Below are positions 12,327-24,959 of a DNA stretch of 64,000 nt, in pieces. The translations under genes were made by a program, and so were the position numbers. The notes below the pieces were generated by a model that saw only the letters and a list, made by a program, of their open reading frames with translations, made no database searches and had not been told where the DNA came from. This DNA is from Octopus vulgaris (taxonomy: Eukaryota), in assembly GCA_951406725.2 (NCBI GenBank), contig OX597818.1:46190001-46254000 (forward strand). Reading direction: 5' to 3'. Each line of letters begins with the position of its first letter. Within the stretch, counting starts at the first letter, position 1.

Positions 12327-14399
12327 CTATAGAGGCTGCTGATAAAGTTGGAAAGTGATTGGTAGGGTTAACAGAATGCTGCTTTGACACAGGCTTAGGC
12401 TTAATCAACTTATGCTGGGTCATTTGGATGAGGGTGTATGTTGTAAGACCTAGATACTGACTGAGTCCGTGATATAAAAATGACAATGTGTCCAAGTACT
12501 GGATCTATAGATGTATGTTGAACTAAAGCTAAAAATAAAAAGTTTCATTTACCTTCACTTTCTTCAGAGAACATTTTCTGATGGTTTGAAACATTAAGTT
12601 TTATAAATCACATCAAATAATTTAGGTCTTCTAATAGTAAACAAATTCAATTTATTTTTCAGCTTCTGAATCTTGATTGGTTGGTACATGCAATATGCTG
12701 TCAGAATTAGCATCTTCAGACTTCATCTCATTCATGAATTTGTAAATCAGCCGATATAGTCATCTCTTGATATGAAAAGACTGCCATTAACAAATCATTT
12801 GAATATTTCCAATACAGTCTTTGTAAGAAAATATTTGCTGATGATGGTGATGATGATAAAGTATATATATCTTTTGCAGTAAATGCACTGCTTCACCATT
12901 GATACATGATAGTGAAAACTGGTGAAAAAATAAACTGTTTGAGGTTTAGGAAGTTTTGTTCTGAACTGAGTCAATTAGGAAATTTTGTTACATGAAATTG
13001 TCAGCTTTTGATCCTTGAAAATTTCTAAAAGATTTTGAAGACAGGAATACTGAATGTTTTAGTTAGAAATACTGGCAATGTATTACCATATGCAAAATAC
13101 TGCAACTTCAGAACTGCATCTGCCATGTTTTTGATAAATGGTATTCCATACATCAATATTAAATGCATTAAATTCTTTGATTTTCAAGAAAGAAAAAGAA
13201 AAAAAAAAATAGGGAAAAAAATCTTTATCATCACAGCCCTCTAAACCAGCATGCTTATTGTCTTATATTTGATGTTGCTTCTGATATGTTTGAAGTTGTT
13301 CAATTTTAGATAGTTTCCATTGGTGGATTATGCAATGTTTAAGAGATCTTAAAAATCATTGAAAGTTGATGATAGTCATCTTTAAGCTTCTGAAACTTAG
13401 CATCATTTTCAAATTTTAAATTGGTATTCATTTTATAAAACTATGTAAGCTATCTTTTGACCTGTATACTAATTGGGCCTGAAATGGGCCAATAGCATGC
13501 AGGTATATAACTGAGTACTTAGGGGAAAAATAACTAAAAACATTAGCTATGATTTTATCTTTATTTACAAATCTTATCTTTTCTAGACAATGAGAGAACT
13601 GAGAAAAATTGGAAGATTAAAATTTTAAAAATTTGCTCAAGAAATTATTGCATTGGATTAAGTAACTTACTCTGTTCCTAAAACTATGACAATATTTTTT
13701 TAAAGAGGATCCATGAAAGTTATGCAGTGAAGAAATTCTATTGATTAATACTGTAGTTTAGAAATTAGGATGCCAAAGGTTATGTTCCATTTTATACTTG
13801 AGCACTGGTGCTTAAAATTTAGTTTATTGGATGGTTAGTAAATTAAGTTTGATTTTAAAGTAACAAGCATAAAATTTCTTGGTCATTTGAGCAAAATTCT
13901 TGAGAGTCTTTTCTTAAAATCTGACCTATTTCTTTTGGGAGTGGAATATATATTTATTTATGAGCAAAACGTTTAGCAAGCTGTTTCATTATTGCTAATG
14001 TGATACCATATGGCATAGTTGATATGGTGATGCATTAACCCAAATCAATCCACATTCTAAGTCAAACAAATAGAGGCAAACTAAAAAGTTGCTGCAAATA
14101 CAGAGAAATGTCTTGAGTGTGTATAATTATTGATGCAACTGGATAGCTATTGCAATTTTGGGCAACAAAATTCATTGAATCTGTTCCAACTGAAATGTCA
14201 TCACAATTGGGATCATTTTTACCTTCCAGAAGTGACAGTTGTTTTAATATCTCCAGAACTAGTTGAACTCTGTCGTTTCTAACAGATTTGTAACATATTC
14301 ATTAAACTGGCTGAGAAGGGTAAAATAGTAATGGTTTGTTAGGTGGCTCTCAACATGAAAGAAACCTTCCATCATCTAAGTGAATTACAGTTTTACCAG

Positions 14400-15990
14400 A
14401 AACTGCTCAGCAACAGCATAATTTTAAATCTAAAACATTTCTCCATCATTATACAAAACTAATTTCTTTCTATTTACTTTCTCCTACAGTAATCAACTTT
14501 ACCACAAACTCCCCATACTTCCATTATCTACTCTCTCCTCCCAAACTCCCAAGCCCAATGCTCTTAGCTACCCTATTTTTTGCCAAACTAATCTTTAACT
14601 ATCTCAACCAAATTATGCTCCTTCTGGCTGCTGCTTTCATAAGGACACTAACCATACCACCCACCTCTGGACCTTGTAAATTCTTCATTTCTATAGAGCT
14701 CAAATCCTTGTCTACCTACATCCACAATGACAATGACCTACCAGTCCTGAAATACTTCTTTGACCTTAACACCACACATTTGAACCCACAACCTGTACAC
14801 TCCTCATCCAAACTGAATTCATTCTCATTCTTCATTGCTCTTCCTATTCTGATGTGTTCTACCAACACCTGAGTGGCATAGCTATTGGCACCAAGATGAT
14901 CCAAATCACATCAACTTGTTTGTTGGCCCTGTTAAACCTAACTTTTCTAGGTTTTCTAGGTTTGCCCCTTAACTATTGGGTCATTACATTGGTGACTGTA
15001 TCGAGGCAACCTCTCTCACCAGTTCTCTATCCCCACAGCAAAGATATGACTTATTTTCAAGTCATGCATCAATTTTTTCTCTCACTTAGGTACTTTCAAC
15101 CTGTTGTGAATACTGCTCTCTCTTGAGTTCAATCCATCAACTCTCCTGTTGCACTCATGCCAAACAACCACTCTCCCAGAGTCTGGATTCCCCTCCTCAC
15201 CCTCTCAAGTGACTCAGTCACTTCAGAGCACTCTGCTTCACAGTTCCACCTTCTGCTTTCCAATTGATCCCATTTTTCCATGCCTCCAGTCATGTCCTTC
15301 AACAAGGATAAGATTCTATGTAACCTTCTGGTCAGGAGCTTGCTTGCCCCTAGACACATCCCATGTGGGCACATCTATATGGTCTAACCATGATGTTTAC
15401 ATCTCCCTTTAATTCTGTTAGGTTCAAGCCTTCAGTCAATGTGATCAATCACTCTCACTACATTTCCTCTAACCTTATATGCTGTAGAGTCTTCAAGATT
15501 TGTGGAGATTAACTTTTGATACCAACACATCTGAAACTGCCCCCTATTCTAAGATACAAACTCTTTGTTTTAAAGTGATCTAAATTAAAACCTATCAATG
15601 AAACTCTGTGGTAATGTATGTCCAAATGTCATCTGCATAATAACAAAATTATATTAATAAACTCTGTATTTTTTCAAAATTAACTGAAACAAAGACTGCA
15701 TTTCTTCAAAAATTTGATAACAAAAGAGTTAATACATATGTAAAGTAGGTTTTGTGAGCATTTGCTGGAAGTCCATAAAAACATCCAAGAAGTCCTCAAA
15801 AAATTGTAGTCTAGCACTAACTTGCTCAGCCACTCTGCTGATCACCTCTCAGATTGTGCTGTTCTCCAACACTTTCGGTAGAATGGGACTTGTAAATATA
15901 GTGTCTCCAAGTCTCATTATACCCCAAAACATCTTCTTCAGCATAGGTACTTTGGCACCTTAGGGTCTAAATTTACATCTTAGGTTCCTT
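14400..15990 (+). mobile_element. Decayed Penelope-like element (RT + GIY-YIG), interrupted by a MITE
   Basis: Frameshifted remnants ELKSLSTYI (DVKSLYTNI-like), YQHLSGIAIGTKM, HYIGDCI (RYIDD-like), SNLI and C-terminal IFFSIGTLAP*GLN. Confidence 0.7.
15509..15732 (-). mobile_element. piggyBac-type MITE (TTAA-bounded)
   Basis: TTAActtttgatac...tgataacaaaagagTTAA; inverted homolog of the 46342 and 50684 copies. Confidence 0.7.
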
Positions 15991-16103
15991 TAATTCTGCC
16001 TTCCATTTTCAAACCCCTTCATCTTCAAAATACAAAAAAAAAAAATGCTTTTCTTGTGTGATGTGTATTTATTTGTGCTGTGTTGCTTATGTGTGTCTAT
16101 ATG

Positions 16104-16142
<39 letters not shown>

Positions 16143-16757
16143 ATGTGTGTCCATGTACTGTATGGTTAGCTATTTTGAACGCAGTTGTATGCATGTACTT
16201 CGCATAGTGTGCAGCATGTAGTTGGCTTGTGCCTATAATCCATTTTATTATATTGACCCTCTAATCCCCCCTGCCACCCACATCCTGTCACAGACTACTA
16301 TATATTTCTTTCCATCCCTACTGACCTCCACTCTAGACACTATTAATTTTCTTTACAATTCTACTCACCCCTTACTGTCATAAATTATTTTACAGTTCTT
16401 GGCCACACCTTATTAAACTTAATTCTTTGCAAATTCCCACTTCCATTCCTTTTCTCCCTCCTTAGCATTGTCCACCTCTTCTCTTTGTTATGAGCTCTTA
16501 ATATCTATCACCTCACTTGATCTGGTCCTCACCTCCTCCCACTTTTTTTAAATTTAATTTCATCCCCCATGATTCACCTTGCTCATAACTCATAGCACAT
16601 ATCTCCAGCTTTTCACCCTCTCTTCCTACATTGCTGCTCTTTTCTGACATCATACTATTATTTATTCCATTTTTCATTCACAAATTTGTTACCAAAGTCA
16701 TGAACTTTTATCTATTTCCTCTGTAGAAAGAAGGGCAAGTGTTTGAACTTAAGCTCT

Positions 16758-18168
16758 TTGGATCTAGTTAAACTGATTCACAAAATCATCCCCCTTTAAT
16801 TTTGCTCAGATTGCTTTCAATTTTGGTGTATTGATTTTACTCTGAATTTTGATTACAATTACTTTAAGTTAAAGAATCTGATGTTTATTTGGAATTAAAG
16901 TTGGGAAATTTGGGTTATTTTAGCCAATCAACAGACAGAGAGGCATTAACAGCTTGTTACCATGACAACCGCACACTGTGTTGTGTTTTACTTCACCCAT
17001 ACACTGTGTTATGTTGATTCTTCACACCACAAGATTTACTCCACCCGCGTGTTTTGTTTTAATAAAAATTTATATTTATCAATTAGAATTTTATTATAGA
17101 TATTTTTCTTAATATTTTATATATTTTTCATGTATAGCGAAAGTTGCTTGCACGGTTTATACAGTTTCTTGGCATTATGAAGGTGAATGGAATATGTGAA
17201 CTTAGTACACAACTGCACACCTACACTTCAAGCACAGTACTGACAAGGCATCGGTGGCTCATCAACTCAGTATTGCCAAGCTTCAAGGACTTATTAACTC
17301 AGATAGCTGGATTTATTATTTCACTAGGTTAATTCAGTTCACAAGCATTTAAATTAGGAGTATTTCTTAAACCGTTAGCTTCACAATTCAACAGCTTAAC
17401 TGAAAATTAGCCCACATAACAGGAACTGAGAGGGATATCATGGAACAGAAACTGTGGACGATACAGATAATTTGACATTATTTTTTAATTCTGCATGCTA
17501 AAACAGGCATTCTTTTTCTTGGGATAAATTCTTTGTTGACCAGTGTTATTCTTACTCTAGTTTACAAATCCAAGTATGAAAACGTTACTCAACTTTGGAG
17601 TTTTGGAGACAGATATCCCCTTTTCACACACACACACACACACATGAATGCATAAATGTGCATATAAACTTATAGATGAATACATACATCCACGTGCACT
17701 TATATACTAATGATGTACACAAATACATGATACTGAAATATGCATAAAGTAAACACATGTAATCAAATATATTAATATAAAAAATTTTTTTAAAATAATA
17801 AAAACATACAAAATACTATAGAAATCAATGAAGAGACAAAAGAAACAGTAAGATGATACATGTTGATTTTATTAGGTATTTCTGTTTATTTAGAAACCTA
17901 CAATGAACAGATGCTAAACTATAAATTTCACATTGTACAACCTTAAAGTTGACACCACTAAACGCAGAAAATTTTTGTCTCCCTATTGGCTAAAAATACA
18001 GATTTTTCGATTTTTAAATCTCTGTAACTTTTTTCTCCAATTTTTTCTCTACAACATCTTGCCTTCATAGGAATAAGAGTGGAAAACTACATTGATATAG
18101 CCGATTTTTAGATTTTTTACTTCCTTTAAAATAATTCAGATCTTGTGAATCAGTTTAACTAGATCCAA
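16758..18168. mobile_element. Probable DNA-transposon/foldback relic with inverted blocks
   Basis: Perfect 26-bp inverted repeat at 16758-83 / 18143-68, plus an inner inverted ttttagccaat at 16918-28 / 17985-95. Confidence 0.5.
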
Positions 18169-18530
18169 CTCGTTTACTCCACAGAAAATCTACTCATTGA
18201 GCTCTTCTATGAAATCGCCTAGGAATTAATCTTTACCTATGCAGACAAATATCAATTTCCCTGGATTCTGTATTGTACCATATAAAAACGATTTTGAACT
18301 TTGCCATATTTTTCATAGTATTTAGTTCACCCTGGTTTTGACATTTTTCTTGTTGGAATTTTAAAAATGCCTATACTTTTAGTGTATTTTTAATTCATAG
18401 TATGTGTATATGTGATTAAAATATATTTCAAACCCATCAGTGGAACAGTCTAATATATATTACAAACTGGGAAATCATCTAAATCTTTGTAGGTTGCTAA
18501 TTTTTTTTATCATAGTAAAGAATAAAAAGA

Positions 18531-18567
18531 ATATCTGAAGAAGGAATATTATTCCGAAATATCATAT
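18531..18567 (+). ncRNA. Minimal type-I hammerhead ribozyme motif
   Basis: atat-CTGAAGA-a-GGAAT att ATTCC-GAAA-TA-TC-atat: intact core, 5-bp stem II, 4-bp stem I and a palindromic loopless stem III. Confidence 0.55.
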
Positions 18568-19664
18568 CATACTATGGATGACTAAATTACAACAGGTATA
18601 TAGCCCATTGTCTGTATTATAGTGTATTGTTGTACCATTCAAAACTTTTTATTCTTTACAAACAATACACAATGCTTCAAGCAAACTACAGTACTCTCCT
18701 ATTTTATCATAGTAATAATCATTATTATTGTTTGGTGAGCACTATGTATCTATAGGGGAATTAGCCTATCATTCCTTTTATTCCCAGTTCCTGAAAGTAC
18801 TTCATTCACTAATGCTTATTCATTAGGGAGAGAATTTCAAATTATACTTAAATCATCATTATAATTCTATGTATTATCAATGAATATTGAAAGATACTTA
18901 AATTCACACTGAAAGCTCTTATTAAAATGAAAATATAAAGCTAATCTGTCAGTGTTGCCACCTAACATTGATGCCAGTTAACTACAGGTGAAATAGTTGG
19001 TAAATTATTATAGCTAGTCTTCAAAATTCTGACAAATAGTTATAAGGATTAACTGTTCTCCCTCCTCTTGGTTTTGTGTTTGCTGATATACTTGTTTACT
19101 ACAGAATGTAATTCATTCATTGTTCCTTTAAATGAAGGGGTAATTACAGGAATAATGATATTCATTAGGGACACAAGTTTCTTGTTATTAAGTGTTAAGA
19201 TATAAATAAACTTTCAAAAGTCTAGTTTCCTAGTTGTGATCTGCGCATTAATACAATGGCATGACTTTTACAGTGTTGAGGTTGTCAGTTTTCCTGCTAG
19301 TCTCCTCTCACAAATCCCTTCTAAGTCTTTGGATGTGTTTTTTTTTTTACTTTGATATTGTTTGTATATTTTTGTCTCCTTTCTGTTTAGTTCTTTTGAA
19401 GCAGATGCTAACTTGAGAAACTGTACATGTGAACACTTTTCTCTTTTAATAGCCTAATCTTAAAGCAGTCTTTATAAGACGGTATCAATTCAGCCTGAGG
19501 ATGATATCAGAGAGAAGTTGATGTGTGTATCTAACAGCATTGCATCTAGCAGTCTTTGGATAAAATAATCGACAAGGTTTTCTTTCCTTTGTTTTTATCA
19601 GTGTTAAGTGTAATACACTAGTCCTGTCTGAATTACTTCTAATAAACAGCCGAAAAACTAATTT

Positions 19665-19763
19665 ATGATGTCTGCAGAAGAGAAGCCATCAGAAGTGTTG
19701 GCAGAGGTGAAGATATCTCCTCCGCCAGCATCCTCCATGGCAAAGCATCGTCAGCTGACGACG
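19665..19763 (+). CDS. Candidate alternative first coding exon of the GDPD5-like gene
   Basis: GC-richer island encoding MMSAEEKPSEVLAEVKISPPPASSMAKHRQLTT, with in-frame stops upstream. Donor ACG|GTAAGA in phase 0 is compatible with exon 56242. Possible acceptor at 19600-01. Confidence 0.55.
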
Positions 19764-20659
19764 GTAAGATGCCAATGAATATTTTGGATATTTGTAAACT
19801 TCTGTCTTTACTGAGATGTCATATTTTTCCCTTCTTACTTATGAATGTTACTTTTTGGTAATATTTCAGTTTTTCTTTTTTATCTTTTTAGAAGCTTCCT
19901 TTTCTATTTTGCTATTTTTGTATTGCTTTTCTTTTACTTTTTGTTCAGTTGTAACTTTCGTTTTCTTTTATTTTTGTTGGGGTATGTTTGGCTTGCATAT
20001 TCTATATTTTTTTAAATAAATATAAGCATCATTCAAACTTTAGTCCTTATTTTATCATTATGTAACACAATTTTTGAACTTTGTGTAAGATCTTTATTCA
20101 GTATTTCAATTAGGAGGCAATTAGTTCTAAACACCGTATTTTTTTATAATAGTTTCATTTGCCAGTGAAATTATGGAGTGAAGTTTTAAGCATAATCAAA
20201 ATTCTATTGAATTCCTAATTTTTCAATCTAATATGATTTGTAAAACATGCATTCATAACAGCCATTGTTTTAATACTCATTAATATTATACATACATAGA
20301 AAGATATATACATACGCACACACACACACATATATCTGTATATATACATATATGTACAGTTATGTGCATATATGTACATACACATGCATGTATGTATATA
20401 AAACAAGTACTGTATGGAAGGTACATATTTGTTATTTAAAAACTCACAAAAACTCTTTAATACACTTTAAGATTTATTATTTGTGAACGTCAAGTAAAAA
20501 ATATTTAAGTTTACTATGTTTACATGATTCTGTAATGGTTAATATGTATTTTCATGCAGTAACTGTTTTAGTATCAACACATCGTCTCGGGTCAAATTAC
20601 TTGCCAGGCAACTACATCTCCAACATGTGTGTGTGTGTGTGTGTGTATGTGTGTGTGTA

Positions 20660-20900
20660 TATTTCTTTTACTTGTTTCAGTCATTGACTGTGGCCATGTT
20701 GGAGCACTATCTTAAAGAGTATTAGTTGAAGAAATTGACCCCAGGAGTTATTCTTTTAAAGCCTAATACTTATTCTATTGGTCTCTTTTGCCAAACTGCT
20801 AAGTTACGTCGGCATAAATACATGAACATTAGGTGTCAAGCAATAGTGGGGGACAAAGACACATAAATACATAGTTACATACGTATATGTATATATATAT
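20660..20900 (-). mobile_element. SINE family A, 3' half (split by the RTE insertion)
   Basis: ttttacttgtttcagtcattgactgtggccatg...; the 5' half continues at 22905-23035. Confidence 0.75.
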
Positions 20901-20906
20901 ATATAT

Positions 20907-22860
20907 CATAACCCATCTCATTAGGGAGAGAATTTGCTTAGATGAGATGCAGTTCGGTTTTGTGCCAGGTAGAAGCACCACTGATGCTATATTCCTGGTC
21001 CGACAACTGCAGGAGAAGTACCTAGCTAAAGATAAACCCCTCTACATAGCTTTTGTGGACTTGGAGAAAGCCTTTGACAGGGTTCCCTGATCCCTTATCT
21101 GGTGGTCGATGCGGAAACTGGAGATTGACGAATGGCTAATAAGGGCTGTACAGGCCCTATATAGAGAGGCTGTCAGCAAGGTTAGGATTTGCAACGAATA
21201 TAGTGAAGAATTCCGGATAGAAGTAGGTGTACACCAAGGCTCAGCCCTCAGTCCCCTTTTATTCATCATAGTCCTCCAGGCAATAACAGAGGAATTCAAA
21301 ACAGGTTGCCCCTGGGAGCTCCTCTATGCTGATGACCTGGCTCTCATAGCAGAATCACTACTGGAACTAGAAAAGAAATTTCAGGTGTGGAAGCAAGGGT
21401 TAGAATCAAAGGGCCTTAGAGTAAATGTAGCAAAGACCAAAGTTATAGTAAGCAGAAAGGCGAACTCAGCACACACACCCTCGGGCAGGTGGCCCTGCTC
21501 GATCTGTAGGAAAGGTGTTGGTAGAAAATCCATAAGATGCACCCAGTGTAAGCTATGGACGCATAAGAGGTGCAGCAACATCAAAGGGAAATTAACTGAT
21601 AAGATAGCTTTCATGTGCGGCAGATGCACAGGGACAATAGACACCACAGATACTCAGAAAACAGATTCCATCACACTCCAGGGGGAGAAACTAGAAGTAG
21701 TTGATAGTTTCCGCTACCTGGGTGACCAAGTTAGTAGCGGAGGTGGATGCTCAGAGAGTGTCACCACTAGAATATGAATAGCCTGGGCAAAGTTTAGAAA
21801 GCTCCTACCCCTACTGGCGACAAAGGGTCTCTCGCTCAGAGTGAAAGGTAGATTGTATGATGCATGTGTGCAAACTGCCATGCTTCACGGTAGTGAAACA
21901 TGGGCCGTGACTGCAGAGGACATGCGTAGACTTGAAAGAAATGAAGCTAGCATGATCCACTGGATGTGTAATGTCAGTGTGCGCGCACAACAGAGGGTAA
22001 GCACCCTGAGAGAAATGCTGGACATAAGAAGCATCAGATGTGATGTGCAAGAGTGACGCATGCGATGGTATGGTCATGTACTGCGGATGGATGAGGAGAG
22101 ATGTGTGAAGAAGTGCCGCTCCCAAACAGTTGAAGGTATCAGGGGGAAAGGTAGACCCAGGAAGACATGGGATGAGGTAGTCAAGCATGACTTCAGAGCG
22201 TTGGGCCTCACTGAGGCAATGGCGAAGGACCGAGATCTCTGGAGATATGCTGTGACTGCAAAGACCCGGGCTGCTTCCTGCACCAGTTCCGCATAGCCCC
22301 TGCCCATTCAAAGTACCTTGGATTCCAGAACATCCCGCTGTGCTTGAGGAGACCTGTTGAGTCAAGTACATGAACATCGAAATAAATATCAATGGAAATA
22401 GTAGTTGTGATACCTGTGCCGGTGGCACATAAAAAGCACCATCCGAACGTGGCCGTTGCCAGCGCTGCCTCGACTGGCTTCTATGCCGGTGGCACATAAA
22501 AAGCACCATCCGAACGTGGCCGATGCCAGCGCCGCCTCGACTGGCTTCTGTGCTGGTGGCACATAAAAAGCACCATCCGAACGTGGCCGATGCCAGCGCC
22601 GCCCTGGCTGGCTTCTGTGCCGGTGGCACGTTAAAAGCACTAACCGATTGTGGCTGATGCCAGACTCCCCTTGCACCTGTGCCGGTGGCACATAAAAAGC
22701 ACCCACTACACTTGCGGAGTGGTTGGTGTTAGGAAGGGCATCCAGCTGTAGAAATACTGCCAGATCAGACTGGAGCCTGGTGCAGCCCCTGGCTTCCCAG
22801 ACCCGGGTCGAACCGTCCAACCCGTGCTAGCGCGGATAACGGATGTTAAACGATGATGAT
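20907..22860 (+). mobile_element. 5'-truncated RTE-clade LINE (RT with PHD-type finger, three premature stops, complete 3' UTR)
   Basis: QFGFVPGRSTTDAIF, FVDLEKAFDRVP, GVHQGSALSP, LYADDL, FRYLG, RWYGHV, RGKGRPRKTW; TGA stops at ~21088, 21775 and 22054; (gat)n tail. Confidence 0.95.
22414..22705 (+). repeat. 67-bp hairpin tandem array in the RTE 3' UTR
   Basis: Units start at 22414, 22481, 22548, 22615 and 22677, each beginning ctgtgccggtggcac.taaaaagcac. Confidence 0.9.
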
Positions 22861-22904
<44 letters not shown>

Positions 22905-22910
<6 letters not shown>

Positions 22911-23035
22911 GATGGGTTTTGTTCAGTTTCCAACTACCAAATCCACTTGGGTTGGTCTGAGGCTATAGTAGAAAGCAGTTGCCGAAAGTACCACACAGTA
23001 GGACTGAATCTGGAACCACGTGGTTAGGATGTAAG
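22905..23035 (-). mobile_element. SINE family A, 5' half
   Basis: ttcagtttccaactaccaaatccac...ggactgaatctggaaccacgtggtt. Confidence 0.7.
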
Positions 23036-23584
23036 TTTTTTATTTAATTAATTTTAAGAAGCACAATCATTTAGTGGTTGAAGTTTTGTATTACTGACCA
23101 CATGGTCAGCTCAATACTCCTAATAGCTTTTGAGTTGTGCATTTCCTCCACTGAACCAATAATAGGTGCAACTCCTGATTTATGGTTTCATGGATGATTA
23201 TAGAAAGAGTGTTCAGCTGCAAAGATTGCATATTTTATTAAATTAATTTGCAGAAGCCACATATGCTGATGTAAAATAATGGTTGTAAGACAGTAAAAAT
23301 TATATTGCTGTAGTAATTATTTTCTAAATTGAAATGTAACTGTTCTTTAATTCATTGAGGAAATTTATTGTTAATAAGGTTAACAATGTTCTTTATTTTC
23401 TGACTATTGTTCTGCTACATTCAAATAATTATGATATTCAATATGTTTAATGTACTGTAGACTTATTCATGGGTCAAGTTTTTCATTCAACATTAACTTT
23501 GAGTATTTTGGAACATCACTCAGCATTAAAATTTTTTACACTTGATAAGACATGTCAAGCCATTGCTGTCTTCCACACATATAG

Positions 23585-23958
23585 GCTTGTCTTTTCAGGT
23601 ACTGGTGCCACTTAAAAAGCACCTGTGCTAGTGCTGCTTTAATGCACTCATGCCGGTGTTGTGTTAATGCACCCAAGCCAATGCTGTGTAAACACACCTG
23701 AGACAGTGACATGTAAAAAGTACCCAATACACCTGAGATAGTGACACGTAAAATTTACCCAGTACACGTGAGACAGTAATACGTAAAAAGTATCCAGTAC
23801 ACTCTGTGGTTGGCATTAGGAAAGGCATCCAGCCATAGAAACTATGCCATAACAGACAGTTGGAGTTCAGACATCCCCCTGCTAGCCAGCTCCATGTCAA
23901 ACTGTCCAACCCATGTCAGCATGGAAACTGGACATTAAACGATGATGATGATGATGAT
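23585..23958 (+). mobile_element. RTE 3' tail with a 35-bp tandem expansion
   Basis: gagacagtgacatgtaaaaagtacccaatacacct units at 23700, 23735 and 23770, followed by the standard tail and (gat)n. Confidence 0.75.
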
Positions 23959-24959
23959 AGGGATACTGAATATTGAGTACCTCTGTCATGCAAATCTCTT
24001 TTTATTTTCATTCATGTCCCAATCTTTTTTCTTCTCACTTCACTTTGTAATAAGATTTGCAAGCAGAGATGTAGAATTGTGAGGCCCCTTTAGTTGTTTC
24101 AGAGACATGGCTAGCTCTCTAGAGCTGGTGTCATTAAAAACGTATCCAGTACTCTCTGTAAAGTGAGGTTGTGAAGACCCTTAAGTCTTGTGTAGGGCGT
24201 GACTCTTCTCTAGTATTGCTGCCATGGAAAAGAAAATGCCCAGTACATTTTGTAAAATGGTTGATGTTAAGTAGGGCATCTATCCATAGAAACTAAACTG
24301 AAAATGAAACATACAATCAGAGTGTTGTCCTTCAATATGTCAGTCTGAGTAATACTCTCAAATATGCGCTGACTCTGACTGTGGTGACCCATCCAGCATG
24401 GAAAGCAGATGTAAAACTATAATGCTTATTACAGACATTGTTATTTAATTCTAGTGTAGAAGTATTGATGTTAGAACTTGTGAAAGCTTTCCTTATGATA
24501 GTTGTTAGAAATAACTGGTCTTGGGACATGTCCCTTAGTATAAGATTTCAAAGTTGACAAATGCTTCTTAAGTTTATATTCTTCAGTGATGTTTGCTAAG
24601 AAAATGGAGTCATCAATATAATTGAGAAGTGATTAAAAAACAAAATCAAAAGAAAACTATATTTTATCATTCACTTTATCCAAAGTTCTTGCAAATTTGA
24701 AACACAAGAAATTTATAATTCCTTGTATTTAATGTTGCTGCTTACTTTTTGGAATAGTTAATCAATAACTTTACAGAATCCTATGTGAAAAATTTGTTGC
24801 TCCTGGCCAAAAGGATTGGTATGCTTTAGTGTAGAGATTAATTAAGTTATGACGTTAAGAATTTGAGAAAACTTTCATCCTGAGTTGCATATTTTGGTAT
24901 ATAGTCTATACTTCTCAAAGAAGATGAAACACTCAGCCATTATTTTTGTTGTCATTGTC

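Noticed and set aside
21811-22629. 272-aa minus-strand ORF
   Set aside because: Antisense shadow of the RTE ORF and its GC-rich tandem UTR.
22414-22705. CRISPR-like array of palindromic repeats
   Set aside because: The intervening sequences are near-identical, so it is a tandem repeat. It lies in a LINE 3' UTR in eukaryotic DNA with no cas genes.
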